64,000 nt of DNA from Leucoraja ocellata (GCA_036785375.1 JAWMAR010000027.1:4588001-4652000); one strand, 5' to 3'; counted from the stretch's first letter, positions 13,137-26,594 are shown. Translations and numbers: made by a program. The notes: generated by a model from the sequence alone, not told the origin.

Positions 13137-13247
13137 ATTCTTTGCAGGTTAGCAATTACACCACAAGCCAACCCCCTGCAAAATCCAGGAAAGTAATGTT
13201 TATTGCAACAAACAGCTTTGGGGAAATCTTTTCACCTATCAGATTGG
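13137..13247 (+). CDS. NEDD1: NEDD1 exon with the FSPIR phospho-motif, phase 1 to 1
   Basis: Acceptor ttctttttcag|AT and donor TTGG|gtatgt. Ends in NSFGEIFSPIRL, matching the NEDD1 SLGDMFSPIRD motif. Confidence 0.9.
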
Positions 13248-14029
13248 GTATGTAGCATGAATTATTTGTATTGCAGTTTCATGTTTCTTTCTTTGGCAGT
13301 GCTCATTGAGTTATCTGGCCCTATTGTGGATATTGGGACAACAATGTTATTTACTTTCAGCTGGGTGCTTCATTCTGAATTGTAGAAAACACTGTTTGCC
13401 ACGTTTTGGTCGCAATCTTCTTTACACACTTCTGTAATTTAAACGGTTGCTTTGTGAAGCTAGTGTTGGCTGTTGTTAGGTAAGAGAAGAATGTCTTGTG
13501 TATTTTGATGGGGTTTCTCTGGTAACTTGAATTGTGAAGCATGTACCATTGACACATTTAAGGGTTGTAACTTTTATTGCTGTTACATTCTTCAGTCTAA
13601 GGTGTGCCAGAAGCTATGCGGGAGTAACTTTGTTAAATGAAATAACTTTTTGTTGGATTAATTTAATGGGAGTCTTTGGTATCCGAGTGAGTGATGAGAA
13701 GATATTGAGATGTGACGGTCAGAAATACTAATTCATGAAATAATAACATTGAGGCCCATTGGCCAAATTTGTGTAAAATGAAATACTGAAGCGGGATACC
13801 TCCTCGTTGAGACAACATGTGGCCATGCACTTGGAGAGAGTGCTCTGGTTTTAGTTGAGAGAGAACAAACAATGGAACAAGTAATGAAGCCTGAGCCAGC
13901 TGTTTAAAGGTGGGAGGGAAGACATTGTACTCTGTTAAGCTGGTTGTGGCAGACAAACTCAACGGGACTAAACTAATAATTGATCTTAAAGATGGATAAT
14001 TGGGTTATTCTAGTCATAGGGTCAGAAAA

Positions 14030-14850
14030 TATAGCCTTGGGATGAACTTGTTTGTGCTGACCAAGTTACCAAATTCAGCTAGCCCTCTTGCTTGCACCTG
14101 GCCTATATACCCCCAAAACCTTTCATCCATGTACCTGTCTCAATGTATTTTTAAAAGTTGTAATTGTAGCCAACTCGATCACCTCCGCTGATAACTTGTC
14201 CCATACATGCATCACCCTCTGTGTGGAAAAAGTTGCCCTTCAGGTCCCTTTAAAATGTTTCTCTTCTCCTCTCTTAAACCTTAACTTTTAGACTCCCATA
14301 TCGCGGGGGGAGACTGGCTATGTACCTTAATTTATGTACCTTATGATTTTGTGAACATCTAAGGTTATCTCTCAGCCTCCTACTCTCCAAGAAAAAAAGA
14401 TTCTGCCTCTCCTTCATAACTCAAACTCTCCAGACCCAGTAATGTCCTTGTAAATCTTTTTGCATCCTTTTTAGTTTAATATTTTTGAATTTTAATGTAT
14501 CTTCTCTGCACCTGCTATCTTGTGTCCCTCCTGATTTTCCTGTCGGGTATATTTTATACCCTCTATACTCAATGGATTAGCTTGCCAAATCCTGGCATGC
14601 TTCCTTTTTCTTATCTTTTTCTTAACCAGAGCCTCATTGTCTTGTGTCATCCAATATTCCCTATTCCTCCCAGCCCTGACCATCACTTTAACAGGAACAT
14701 TCTCATCCTGAACTCGTGCTATCTCATATTTAAAAGCCTCTCCCTTGCTTGATGTCCCTTTACCTACAAACAGCCCCTCTCAATCGACTACTGAAAGTTT
14801 CAGTCAAATGCCATCAAAATTGGTCTTAACCCAAATATAGGAATTCAACG
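14030..14850 (-). mobile_element. Old CR1 LINE fragments (3' end plus an ORF2 N-terminal piece)
   Basis: Reverse-complement CR1 3' motifs (accctctgtgtggaaaaagttgccc) and an endonuclease-region-like segment. Confidence 0.6.
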
Positions 14851-14946
14851 GTAGACGCAAAATACTGGAGTAACTCAGCGGGACAGGCAGCATCCCTGGA
14901 GAGAAGGAATGGGTGACGTTTCGGGTCGAGACCATTCTTCAGTCTG
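14851..14946 (-). mobile_element. Penelope-like pseudo-LTR fragment with hammerhead-like core
   Basis: Reverse complement reads ctgaagaatggtctcgacccgaaacgtcacccattcc...gctgagttactccag. Confidence 0.8.
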
Positions 14947-15794
14947 AAGTTTGCACGGTGCTGCAGCGGTAGAGTTGCCTTACTATCGTTATTTTTTTTG
15001 GAGGGGGGAGAAGGAGCAAGAAAATTATTTGAGACTTTCCCCATTGGAACTGATGTTTGCGGATAATTGTAGATGAGCAGATATAAAGGGTTATTGCATT
15101 AATGATTGGAATATATGTGGAATTCAAGGTTCAACCTGAAGCAGTGGCTTTCATGCAAGGCATTGTTAACTGTAGATAAATGGTTGCTTGGAGTCAAAGC
15201 TTCAAAGTTATCCAAAGTTAGACTGTGAATGTTGGATTGTTTACACAAGCCACACTTGACAACAGGTAGAATTGTGCAAATACATCAAGGTTGCAAGTAT
15301 TGTGATGGCAATAGGAATATTGAAATGCCTGATATTTGGGAGGAAAGGTGTGTACAAAGTGAACTGGAAAATCAGTTCTGCCAAGTAAAAAATGAATGAA
15401 ATGGTGAAGAGACAGTCGTCAGAGTACCAGTTGAACGCCGTGTGCAAACACATGGTCTATTCTGTGGAAGAAGCACTTGCTTACGGGATCTATAGCAGTG
15501 CAATGGTAACCATTGACATTGTAACATGACATGGGACATTATGTAATGTTCACTCGAGGCAAGATATCAATCATGAGATAGTTGTTAAAAAACAAATGGT
15601 GCGATTTTGAAATACAAGTCAGCAGCATTGAAGCTGACTGAAAGGTGTTGCCTGCAGGCAGTTAATCTAAAGAATAAATGGAGCCATGATGACGATTGCA
15701 ATGTAGTAGCTCAGAAAGATGATCCATTTATATCTGCCACAGCACTGGCAATGTGCAGAGACCATTGTGATGCCAAAACCAGGCACCTTTTCCG

Positions 15795-16630
15795 TCCAGC
15801 ATAGCAGAGGGATTGTTCCCATCACAACTATTTTGGAATTTCATCTCCACCATCACCTCTTCCCTTTCTTGCACCACCATCCAATGCAACTGCAGGAGGT
15901 GTAATATCTGCTTTACTACGTCTTTCCTTCCCACCATCCAATGACCCCTGCAGGTAAAACAACAATTCACTTGTTATATTTCCAATTGAGTGTCCTGTTT
16001 GGTGGTCATATCATGATGTCCAGATGAAGAGGTTAAGGGATGACTTGCTTGTGGAGTTAAGTGGGGAAGGGAGGAGGATGGAGTTGGTGGGGGAGGATGG
16101 AGAAGAGAGGGAGATGAAAGTGAGTGATAGGTGGCAGATTAGAAAGGGGAATTAAAAAGCAGAGGGTCGGAAGGAGTATGGGGACAATGAATAGATAGAA
16201 GAGGAAGTTGCCCAAATTATGAAAATTCAATGCTCACTCCATTGGATTGTAAACTACTCGGGCAGAATATGAGCTTGAATCTCATCCTGGCAGTGAAGCA
16301 GTCCAAGCCTGGACAAGTTGCTGTGAGTTGGGAAGGGGAATTGAAATGGCATGCGGTTGTCTGCTGTGCTCAGAGCCCAAGTTCTATGTGAATCGATTGT
16401 CTAGTCTACACTTGGTCTCGCCATTGTATAGGAGGCCCATCGGGTGCAATAGACTAGGTTGTTTGTGTTTCACATGGAAGGCTTGTTTAGGTCCCTAGAT
16501 GGTGGAGAGAGAGGAGGTGCATGGACAAGTGTTGCATCTTCTGTGGTTGTAAGAAAGTATGAGGGGTTGGGAGGGAATGGGGATAGGGAGGCATGAGTGC
16601 ACCAATGTTACGGAGAGCTTGGTCCCTGTG
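15795..16630. mobile_element. Degraded Penelope-like GIY-YIG region fragments (+ at ~15795-16010, - at ~16060-16630)
   Basis: Both pieces resemble the cleaner copy at 55820-56560 (PCNCRRC...; caggtaaaacaacaattcacttg). Confidence 0.6.
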
Positions 16631-16823
16631 TGGATCTCCATGTCTGTGAACAAGACGATTTAAGCATCTGGTAAATGATTGTATCATCCATAAGTTGCTG
16701 GGCGCCAGTTTACTGCAGCATCTACAAAGATGTCCACTGCATTTGTGACTGAAATGGGAACGTAAACATATGGAGAATGTTACTAAATGCTGGAGTAACT
16801 CAGCAGGACAGCAGAAAAGATAG

Positions 16824-17270
16824 GTAGACAAAAGTGCTGGAGAAACTCAGCGGGTGCAGCAACATCTATGGAGCGAAGGAAATGGGCTACGTTTTGGGCC
16901 GAAACCCTTCTTCAGACTGATGTACGGTGGGGGGGGGGGGGGCTGGATGGGGTGAAAGGAAAATTGAAGAGGAGGAGCCCAAGGGCTGAGGGAGAGCTGA
17001 GAAGGGGAGGAGACAGCAAGGGCTACCGGAAACTGGAGAATTCAATGTTTATGCCACTAGGGTGCAGACTGCTCAAGCGGAGTATGAGGTGCTGTTCCTC
17101 CAATTTCCGGTGGTGCTCACTCTGGCCATGGAGGAGGCCCAGGACAGAAGAAGGGTTTCGGCCCGAAACATTGTCTATTTCCTTCGCTCCATAGATGCTG
17201 CTGCACCCGCTGAGTTTCTCCAGCACTTTTGTCTACCTTCGATTTTCCAGCATCTGCAGTTCCTTCTCTA
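16824..17270 (-). mobile_element. 5'-truncated Penelope-like insertion with inverted pseudo-LTR and 16-bp TSD
   Basis: The minus strand encodes the GIY-YIG end (HRKLEEQHLILRLSSLHPSGINIEFSSFR). Arms 16824-16916 and 17146-17237 are inverted. TSD acagcagaaaagatag (16808-16823) / acagcaggaaagatag (17271-17286). Confidence 0.88.
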
Positions 17271-17284
17271 ACAGCAGGAAAGAT

Positions 17285-17585
17285 AGCCGAGTCAAAGGAT
17301 ACGGGGTGAAGGCAGGAACAAGGTACTTACTACTGATTGTGGATGATCAGCCATGATCACAGTGAATGGCGATGCTGGCTCGAAGGGCCTACTCCTGCAC
17401 CTATTGTCTATTGCCTACATCTCTGGAGAGAAAGAATGGGTGACATTTCCGGTCGAGTTCCTTCTTCAGACCTGAAACGTCACCCTTTCCTTCTCTCCCG
17501 AGATGCTGCATGACCTGCTGAGTTATGCCAGCATTTTGTGTCTTGTCTTCAGTGTAAACCAACATCTGCAGTTCCTTGCTTGACA
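17285..17585. mobile_element. CR1 3' end (+) followed by an inverted PLE pseudo-LTR pair
   Basis: ggatgatcagccatgatcac...ctcctgcacctattgtctat, then tctctggagagaaagaatgggtgac...|...gaaacgtcaccctttccttctctcccgagatgctgc. Confidence 0.7.
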
Positions 17586-17777
17586 TAAGCATGTCCTACT
17601 TATGAAAAACAAAAGCAAATGCATTGATCAATGTTGTACTATCCTAAACAGAGCACTGTCTAGGCTATTTTAACATGGGTAATTTATTTTTCAAAAATAA
17701 AATATCAGCTTTTGAGCTTTTATTATTCTTTCAGTTGTTGTATTATGTGTGTGTGTTTTTTTTTTTTCCTTTTTCAG

Positions 17778-17929
17778 ATATGAGCTACACTAATATTTCA
17801 TTTACTGATGAGTTCTCCCTGACCTCAGCCTGCCAAGCCTTAAACTGCTGTACTCTCTCCAGAAGTGGAAGGCATATTGGTGATCTTTCAACAGTAGCTT
17901 TGAGGCCTGCAATCAAAACACCAGGGCCG
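17778..17929 (+). CDS. NEDD1: NEDD1 linker exon, phase 1 to 0 (DMSYTNISFTDEFSLTSACQ...AIKTPGP)
   Basis: Strong polypyrimidine acceptor ttccttttcag|AT and donor CCG|gtgaga. Open frame with phases compatible on both sides. Confidence 0.75.
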
Positions 17930-18479
17930 GTGAGATTCATTTCCACGATGAACCATTACAACTTTTAATGTTACGGATTCTGAATTTATCTTTTTCTTTT
18001 CCAAAGTGTGAATTTCTGGCCAGAGTGAGAGGTAGGAAATGTGGGCTGGTGGTGAAGTTTGATACTTTCCAGGAATTTTACTTGAGCTAAATTTTTACGC
18101 AAGATCTCCTTTATCTTCTTTGCTACAGTCCCTCCTGATTTTCCTGTCAGGTATAATCTATACCCTCTGTACGCAATGGATTTGAATAGGATATATATCG
18201 CTGAGATAGTTATATTTGGATTCTTGTTTTTGTTTTCCCCATTGTAGTGTGGTAACACCCAGATCTGGCCATGACTTCAGTTGGCTAGCTCTTAATGGTC
18301 TGATATTCCTCCAATGAGCACAGGCCAGGTAGAATTTACCATAGAAAAAATAGGTGGTGCATTTTTAAACTTAAACTTTCACAACAACAAAAATCAGAAG
18401 ATGCTGGAAATCTAAAACAAAAGCAGATCATTCTGGTAGTATTCAGCAAATCAGACATTATCGGAGCAGACACATATTC

Positions 18480-19515
18480 AGACTATACATGATTATAATC
18501 AAGCTGTCCACAAGAGTACAGATAAAAGATAAAGGGTTCAAGTGAGTTTATTGTCATGTGTCCCTGTATAGGACAATGAAATTCTTGCTTTGCTTCAGCA
18601 CACAGAACATAGTAGGCATTTACTACAAAACAGATAAGTGTGTCCATGTACCATAATATAAATATATACACACATGAATAAATAAACTGATAAAGTGCAA
18701 ATAGCAGAAAGTGGTTATTAATAATCAGAGTTTTGTCCAAGCCAGGTTTAATAGCCTGATGGCTGTGGGGAAGTAGCTATTCCTGAACCTGGTTGTTGCA
18801 GTCTTCAGGCTCCTGTACCTTCTACCTGAAGGTAGCAGGGAGATGAGTGTGTGGCCAGGATGGTGTGGGTCTTTGATGATACTGCCAGCCTTTTTGAGGC
18901 AGCGACTGCGATAAATCCCCTCGATACAACATTTAATGCAAGATAAAGTCCAATTAAAGATTTTTCAATGGCTTTAATGAGGGAGATGGAAGGTCAGGAC
19001 TGTACTCTAGCTCGCGAGAGGACCGTTCAGTTGCCTGATGATGTCTGGTAAGAATATTCTGCATCTGTGGGAGAAGAAATGGATTTTATGTTTTGGGGCG
19101 AACAAATGTTATAAACTTATTGGGTACAGAAAAACAGAACACGATAAATTAGTGGGTATTTCCGTAAATGTTTCGAGTGGCAGGACAAGTCAACTCGATT
19201 TAGTTTAGTTTATTATAGTCACATGTACTGAGGTGCAATGAAAAGCTTTTTGTGCATGCTGTCCAGACAAAAATAAGGCTATACATGATTAAAATCAAGC
19301 CACCCACAGTGTACAGATAAAGGATAAAGGGTACAACATTTAAAGCAAGATAAAACTCAATTAAAGATAGTTCTAGGTCTTCAAGGAGGGAAGGTCAGGG
19401 CCACTCTCTAAGTGATGAGAGGCCAGTTTTGTTGCCTGGGAAGAAACAGCTGGTAAGAAATTGTTCCTGAATCTAGAGATCTGTGCTTTCAAGCTTCTGT
19501 ACCGCTTGCCTGAGT
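18480..19515 (-). mobile_element. Cluster of Rex1/Babar-like LINE 3' ends, one (~18536-18925) nested in another
   Basis: The inner element's reverse strand encodes IIKDPHHPGHTLISLLPSGRRYRSLKTATTRFRNSYFPTAIRLLN. The outer copy's gataaaggg|tacaacattt is split, whereas it is intact in the neighbour at 19200-19515. Confidence 0.8.
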
Positions 19516-20463
19516 ATCTCTGTTTCTAAAGACATGGCCAGGGACTCCATCCGGGCCAGTTGCTTCCCGTGGGTTCACCCTCAGAAGGCCGATCTAACTT
19601 CTGCAGCAGTGATCCTGGGAAATAGCAGGAGATGAGACGGATACATCGCCCTGTTGAAAGTAGAGCGTAGAATGCATTAAGTTTATAAGGGTGGTCTGCA
19701 CTATTGCCAGTGACGCTGCCTGACTTTGCTTTGTAGCCAGTTATTGTATTCGCACCTAGCTACAGTCAACGGCCATTAACACAATTGTCAAGGAAGTATA
19801 TTAGATCTTGGGCATGATAAATTGTCACGGAAAGCAAAAGTCCATATGCTGTGCTGAAATATTAGCTTGTCTTGAGATTAGAATGTTGCGAGCATTTCTA
19901 TGATGGTGTTTGAATTCACCGGAAATGATACAGAAGAAAACAAATACTAGAATCGTTTTGCATTACTGGTGTGTGGATAAACAGAAGTTTTCAACTTGGA
20001 ACCATCAAAGTTAAGGAGATTTGACTGCAGCCTTTAAAATTGTGAAAGGATTACAGTAAATAGAAGAAACCTGTTTGCAAAGGTTGAAAAGTCAATTGTT
20101 GATTTAAGTTGACTAAGAGAAGAATTGAATGTGACGAGCAGAATTCTTCTAGTTAGGATCTAGAATACAATGTCAGAAGAGATGGTGGAAATAAATTGAA
20201 CAGCAGCATTCAATTCAAAAGACAAGATAATTGCGGAGATTTGAAAGTGGAAAAATTAAATAAATGAAAGAGCTAAACTGCTCTTCAAAAGCGATAATCA
20301 AACCCTTGATGCTTGATGGCCTATTTGCAAAGTTTCTAATTCTGTAAATCTCATTCTTGTTCTTGCTGTCATAAAAAAGAGTATATTTTAGTTATGTATT
20401 TGTCTTAAGGGAATGATGATGTACTCAAATACTTTCCAACTAATTTATAACTTTTTCTTCCAG

Positions 20464-20548
20464 TTCAGCGAAGTTTTCTGTTCAACAGCACAGAAATATG
20501 ACCAAGCACAGAATCTACACTGCTGTAATTCAGAGCTGAAATTGATTG
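20464..20548 (+). CDS. NEDD1: NEDD1 linker exon, phase 0 to 1 (FSEVFCSTAQKYDQAQNLHCCNSELKLI)
   Basis: Acceptor ctttttcttccag|TTC and donor TTG|gtaggt. Phase-compatible with both neighbours. Confidence 0.72.
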
Positions 20549-22558
20549 GTAGGTTATACTGTAATCTGCAATGCCTTAACTCTGACAGCACTGATGCTGG
20601 AGAATAATATATGACGGTGGATGCCTGTAATTATGCTCATGTAATTGTGGTGAAATATTACTGATCAGTCAAAGGCTTATATACTTGGTGAGTAGTATTT
20701 GCATTTCCAAAAAAATGTTTTGTGTGCTTTGGTTTGTTTTGTTGAAGAAGCACACAAAGTTTAGTACTGTTATTAATATTTCATATTTTTAACACTTGGA
20801 TTAATGGGGAAAAATATCCTTGGAGGTGAGATTGCTCTTCTGAAAATTTCCATCACAAACAAACAAAATAACACCATAAACTGACACCAGGGAATTTTCT
20901 GTCCTTGAGGTATGTCATTCTTAAGGTATTCTTAAAGTATGCTCCCCCTTCTGTGTACAAATTATTATAATATCGTTTTTCAGGAAATTGGACAAGATGA
21001 AATACTAAGCATGTATTTTTTTTAATTAATGAACTAAATCAGCATGGATAAATAACTGGATCTATTTCTCCTGAGGGAAGTTATGCTTTGAGTCGGAGGA
21101 TGTAGGCAAGGTACTAAATGAGTGTTTTGCATCTGTATTCACCAAGGAAATGGAGGAAAGTGAGATCAGAATGGGGATATGACTGTGGTAGGGCGGTTTG
21201 AGATCAAGAAGGTTGTGCATGTGTGTGTTCCGTTTGCGTCCACTTAATATGCAAATTACTAAGTATGTACATTAGCGGAATTGTGCACAAAAAGGTGCTA
21301 ATTATGTAATCTAACTTGTAAGATTTTGCCAGCTCAAAATGCTCTCAATCCGAGCACGTGGAAATATTTAAAATATGATTTCAGTTTTATTATCAGAAAT
21401 CAGGGATCACTGCTACTTTAAAGTAAAAAGCCAAATTAAAATAATTAATTATAGATGCAAAAATGTCAAATTTAACTACTCTATTTTCTAAAGTCTTTCC
21501 CAGTACTGTTCTATTAATTTTTTTTAAATCAAGACTACTTCAGACATAAGAGTTCTGCACAGCTCTCTATTGCTGGTTTATTTTACCCTTCACTGTTCTG
21601 TACTCTATGATCACAGATTAGTAATATTCAATGGTCTTAATGAAACACCACTCAAAATATTTTTTTTTTCTGTGTACTTGCTACTAAGCACAAGATCAGA
21701 AGTTGTGTGGCGATTAGAATATTAAAGAGCATTTACTTGGATGGTAAATCCTGATGGTGGTCCCCTGATATCAGTAATTCGTAGACATTTGGAATATTTA
21801 TAGTATTGAAGGAAGTTTTGATGAAAAGTAAAAACGTGCAGTGAAATGTAGTTTTTCTAACGAGGGAATACCAACCAGAAATTCACAATGAATGAAGATA
21901 GTCACTCGACTAATCATTAGTGCAAGTACTTTTAATCATACACACGGTCTGCATGCTGTTATGTCTCAGACAATCCATAACCAACACCACCAGATGTCTG
22001 CTAATATTATACTGTAATGTAAATTTCCTGTAATGGTGCAGTTAGTGGGTGTTTTTCTTTTTTGAATCCCTTCTGTGAGTCAGAACGTCTTCAAAGGGGA
22101 CGCAGGCATGCTTTGAGATAAAATTGTATACTGCCAAAGTTAGTGCTTGCTTTCATTATTTTAACTTTTTTTATTTTAGATCACTCATGAAGCCAGAGGA
22201 GTTGGATCAAAGCTTGTGAGCAAGGCTTTGTATTTTCTTTTTTCGAAATATTGCACTTGGGAATTGTGTGAAAAGATGAGCGGCAATCTTCTGATGAAGA
22301 GTCCTGGCCCTGACATTTTAACTGTTTCTCTTTCTGCAGAAGCTGCCTGAGCTACAAAAGTGTTTCTTGTATGGAATGTATTTATTTCAGATTTCCACCA
22401 GATGCCTTTTAATTTTTTTGAAGTATTAAGTAGTTTCTTATTTAACCGCTAAGTTTTCTGAGTGTGTCATATTTCGTTGATCACAATTTCTAGTGCTGGT
22501 AATGTCGGTCATAATCCCAAATGTCTGTGAATCAAAAATCTATTTATGTTTGCCATAG

Positions 22559-22706
22559 AAAAAGAAACTAATCCCAAGACTGTGGCCAAACCTCTCAGTC
22601 ACCCGTCTATCCGGCCAAGCAAAGAGGGGGAAGACAAACCAGCTGTGCCTTTGCTGGTCAAGCGGTTACTGGAAAATCTATTGAAGGGTGTCCTGGAGAA
22701 GTTCAG
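22559..22706 (+). CDS. NEDD1: NEDD1 exon leading into the C-terminal helix, phase 1 to 2
   Basis: Acceptor tttgccatag|AA and donor CAG|gtttgt. Ends LVKRLLENLLKGVLEKF, matching the pattern of NEDD1 IQIRFIQNMIQETLDDFR. Confidence 0.85.
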
Positions 22707-23339
22707 GTTTGTTAATCTCATGCACACAATTTAAGTATTTGCCATCAGGTACTTGGATTTAATCTATTGGATTGAGGGAGTGTTTTACTGAAGCGTTCAT
22801 AACAATGGGCAGTGAAAAAAATCTTGGAAATGATTGCACTGTGCTAGATTGTCCTCACTCCAACAGACCATAAGATGTAGAAGCAGAATTAGATCATTCG
22901 GCCTATCGCGTTTATGGCTGATCTATTTTCCCCTCTCAACCCCATGGGGGCTACTTGGCATAGGCCTTGAGAGGCACCATTCAATGAACATCTTGCATAC
23001 AATGGAGGTCCTGCAACAACAAAGTAGCTATCAACATTAAAAAGTCCAGGAACACAGCTATCTAGGGCAATGAGAGAAGTCATCGGCTGGAATAAGAGTG
23101 TAAAGTATGGGGAGCCCTCTACAAGAGGACAGGTGTGGCAAACATCTGTGATGAAATGATGCGTGGGATAAAAGTATTTTGGCCAATTTCATCCATTCAT
23201 TGCACCTTTTAATGCTTTGCTGTCTTGCACATAAGATGTAACATTTTACCTGTGCTGTGTTAGAACTTTAATCAGCAACCCCCTTAAGACTTTCCATTGA
23301 GTTACGTTCAATCTCTGGTTATTTCTTGCATGTAACCAG

Positions 23340-23406
23340 TGAGGTGCGCCATAGAGAAATTGTTGAACTGCAACTGGCCATGATTCAGGAATTTCAAAAA
23401 CAGCAG
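23340..23406 (+). CDS. NEDD1: NEDD1 penultimate coding exon (EVRHREIVELQLAMIQEFQKQQ), 67 nt, phase 2 to 0
   Basis: Acceptor gtaaccag|T and donor CAG|gtatgc. Matches NEDD1 EACHRDIVNLQVEMIKQFHMQL. Not shown in the ORF track. Confidence 0.92.
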
Positions 23407-25609
23407 GTATGCCTATAATTCTCTTCCTTTAAAATTGTATTGTGGTAATTTACTACCATCATTTGGTAGTTTGCCCAGCCACATTGTGCTATGTATTTGT
23501 TTGTTAGGATGAAGCGATTCTATTCAGTGAATCTAAGGTACAGTAAAAGCAGAACATTGTTGTAGATAATAACTGGAATATGTTTACGATAGGAAACACA
23601 AAGCAACATTTTTAGACTGATTCTGCAATATTTATGAAGTTTTTCTCTAACATCCCAGATGTGGATTGTTCATTGCATTCCATTATCACCATTCAGCTCC
23701 TATAACCAACTTGACTGTATATAAACAAAAGATCTCACAAGGGGAGTGAGTGGAAAAGCATAGCATAAAGAAGCTCAGTCTTGTCTTGTGGTGTTTTCTT
23801 ATCTTAGCATTTGACATGCAAAAGCACAACATTGTATCTTGGAGTAAATTTGCTAAGAAACATAAAAGCACATTGTGCAGTCAAAATAAATTCAGATCAG
23901 ATTATGGCTGAACATTTGTGTTGTGAGTGATTCTCTCAGTTTCAAAATGTATCAGTGACTTTGGGAATATTGGACTGGCAGCCTGCCACCTGCTGAAAGC
24001 TGATCAGCTACTTTTCCCCTCACCATTCACTGGTTGGAATTGTCCCCTGCAAGTGAAGTGAGGTTATCATTGCTGCAGAAGCATTTTCCTGAAGGTCTGG
24101 TCTGCCCTCTCTTGGCAGTGAACATTAAGGGTAATGCGTCTTTTAATGGACCCTAGTTTATATCTAATAGTGTGATCTTGAAGATCCCAGTAAAATCTGC
24201 TGGCAATTTTAGGAATGTTAAATTTGATTTCCTCCAAAGCAAAATCTAGAGTACTGAACTACTTTTAAAAATCTTTTATATCATCTGTTTAATCTCCCCC
24301 TTTTCTACCTCATTCTTATCTTTCACTTTATTGATGATTTACATTTTATTTATCTTCTACACTTCCAGTGTCCATTCTACTTTGCTCACCAGTGATTCTT
24401 CATATCTTGCTCTAGTCCTTGCTATATTTCCCAGTCATTAAATAATTACTTGCACAATACAAAATGAAGGCACTGAGTTGAATCAGACAAGACATTAGGA
24501 AATGCATGTCCTCAAAGTGAATGATGAACACCATTCTTTCACTGCAAATCCCCAAAACTGGTTTATTAACCTTATATGGGCTTCAGTACAAACCCACCAG
24601 AATAATTTTAGTGATTAAAGATTAAACTGAGTTTGTTTTCTAAATTGGGTTCTCCCTTGAGTTTAATGGATATTGAGCTATCTTACTCAGTATTTAAAAT
24701 GATAATGAGATTTGGTTGCATTTTCTCCAACAGTGTAATTTCAGAATTTGTTCCCTAAAAGGTTTCTTATGAGGAGGGTCAAATAAAGTTTTCAAAGTTA
24801 TATTGCTTTATTTGAATTATAAAGGATATTGAAAACATTGGTATGCAGGTAATTTTGTTTAATGGAGTAGCTGAATAGGCTGGATACAAAATGGCCTAAT
24901 ATGTTCCTTTGTGTGCTAATAAGTGTAGTTTTGAATAATGTTCTTAAATTCTAAGAATTTGATTTGAATATCCCTTTCACCAAACAGTTTCTACAGTTTT
25001 GCTGTAGGGTTATCTCATGAGTATTCCTTATTGAAGATTTTACATGTAGGATTAATCACATTGTTATATATGACTGACATCATGTTGTACCAAGATAGCA
25101 TTTTTTTCTGGACCAGCTTGGCATACTACTCGTATTTGGTCATCGTTTAAAAATATATATTTGGATTATCTTGGTGTTACAGATATGTTTTGCATTGCAA
25201 ACTAATTCTCAAAATTGGTTCACTTTGGGGAAAATAATTCTCAACAAAACACAACTTATTTTCAACTACTGGCACCATGAAGGAAGCTGCTGTCTCTTAG
25301 CTCTTGCAACCTGACCTTGGGTTTTGGTTCTTTGAAGTGTGCATGTATTGGGATCTAGGGGAAGTTGTGAATGTGAGGAGAATATGAAAAGAAAGGGATT
25401 GGTGGGGGTTTGAGGATCAGCGCAGAGCCCATTGGCCCTGACATTCAATGCTTTCTAACACTCTGATTGTCCTTGTTTAGTCAAATAATTTTCCTCCCAT
25501 AAATAGTGCTGCCAATAACCTGTTGTAAGTCATACTGATGCACTTCCTAGATTTTCAAATAAAGGAATCTAAAACTGCACAAAGTAATATATAAATAGTC
25601 TATAAGAGA

Positions 25610-26340
25610 TGGACAGCACAGAAACAGACCTTTTGGCCTTCAACTTCCATGCCAGTCTTTTGGCCCATGTGCACTGATCCTGTTGGTCCATATCCTCCTT
25701 TTGCCTGTATGTTTACATGGTTCATTAAATGTCTCTTTAAACTTGTTGATTGTATCTGATTCCACCAACTCTTTTGGCAGTAAGTTCCAGATATCCACCA
25801 TTTGGTGAATATTTTTTAAAAACTTGCATCCGACTTTCCCTTAGAACAGGAGAGAAAAAAAAAGAAAAGATTTTGGCTGTTACCCCATCTTACCCTGCTA
25901 TAGCCTTAAGCACATGATTGGTCTCCTTCACTCCAATGTAATCAAACTCTGCTTTTTCATCTCTCCCTATAACTAAAGTCCTCCAATCCAGGCAACCTCC
26001 TTGTTATTCTCCTATTCACTCTCTCCGGCACAGCGGCATGTTTCCTATTGTGCAACAACCAGAACCGCACATATTACTCCAAGCGCAGCGTAACCAGTGT
26101 TTTGTAACGTTGCAATATGATGTCCCAACATTTTTTTCCTATGCCTGACCTATGAAGGAAAGCATACCATATGCCGCCTTCACCGCCCTATCGACCTGCG
26201 TTGCCACTTTCGGAGAACTGTAGATTGAAACCCAAGATCCCTCTGTTCATCACCATTTCATAGCACCCTACCACTATTTGACTTCCCAAAATACGTTACC
26301 TCACGTCCGTTGGGATTAAATTCTATCTGCCAACTTTTGG
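25610..26340 (-). mobile_element. Old CR1 LINE 3' fragment
   Basis: Reverse-complement CR1 ORF2 end (HLEYCVRFW-like segment at ~26050-26090) and 3' UTR. Confidence 0.7.
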
Positions 26341-26594
26341 AAAATTCTCTGAGCGTATATGTGTTTGAATTGAGGCTTGAAAATGATCTAATTGAGAGGA
26401 CTGAAATTTAGCTGAAAACCCCCAGTTCTATTTATTTTAATGCCATTACAGGAGAATGTCAAAACGAATGGCTATTTCTGAGAATGGGTATTTCAGGTAC
26501 AATGAGCTCCTGTGAGTGTTTATCCCACGAGTTGTGATAGCTCAATCATATTCAAGTGTTAGGAGACTGCAACATTGACCAGCCAATGTAAAGT

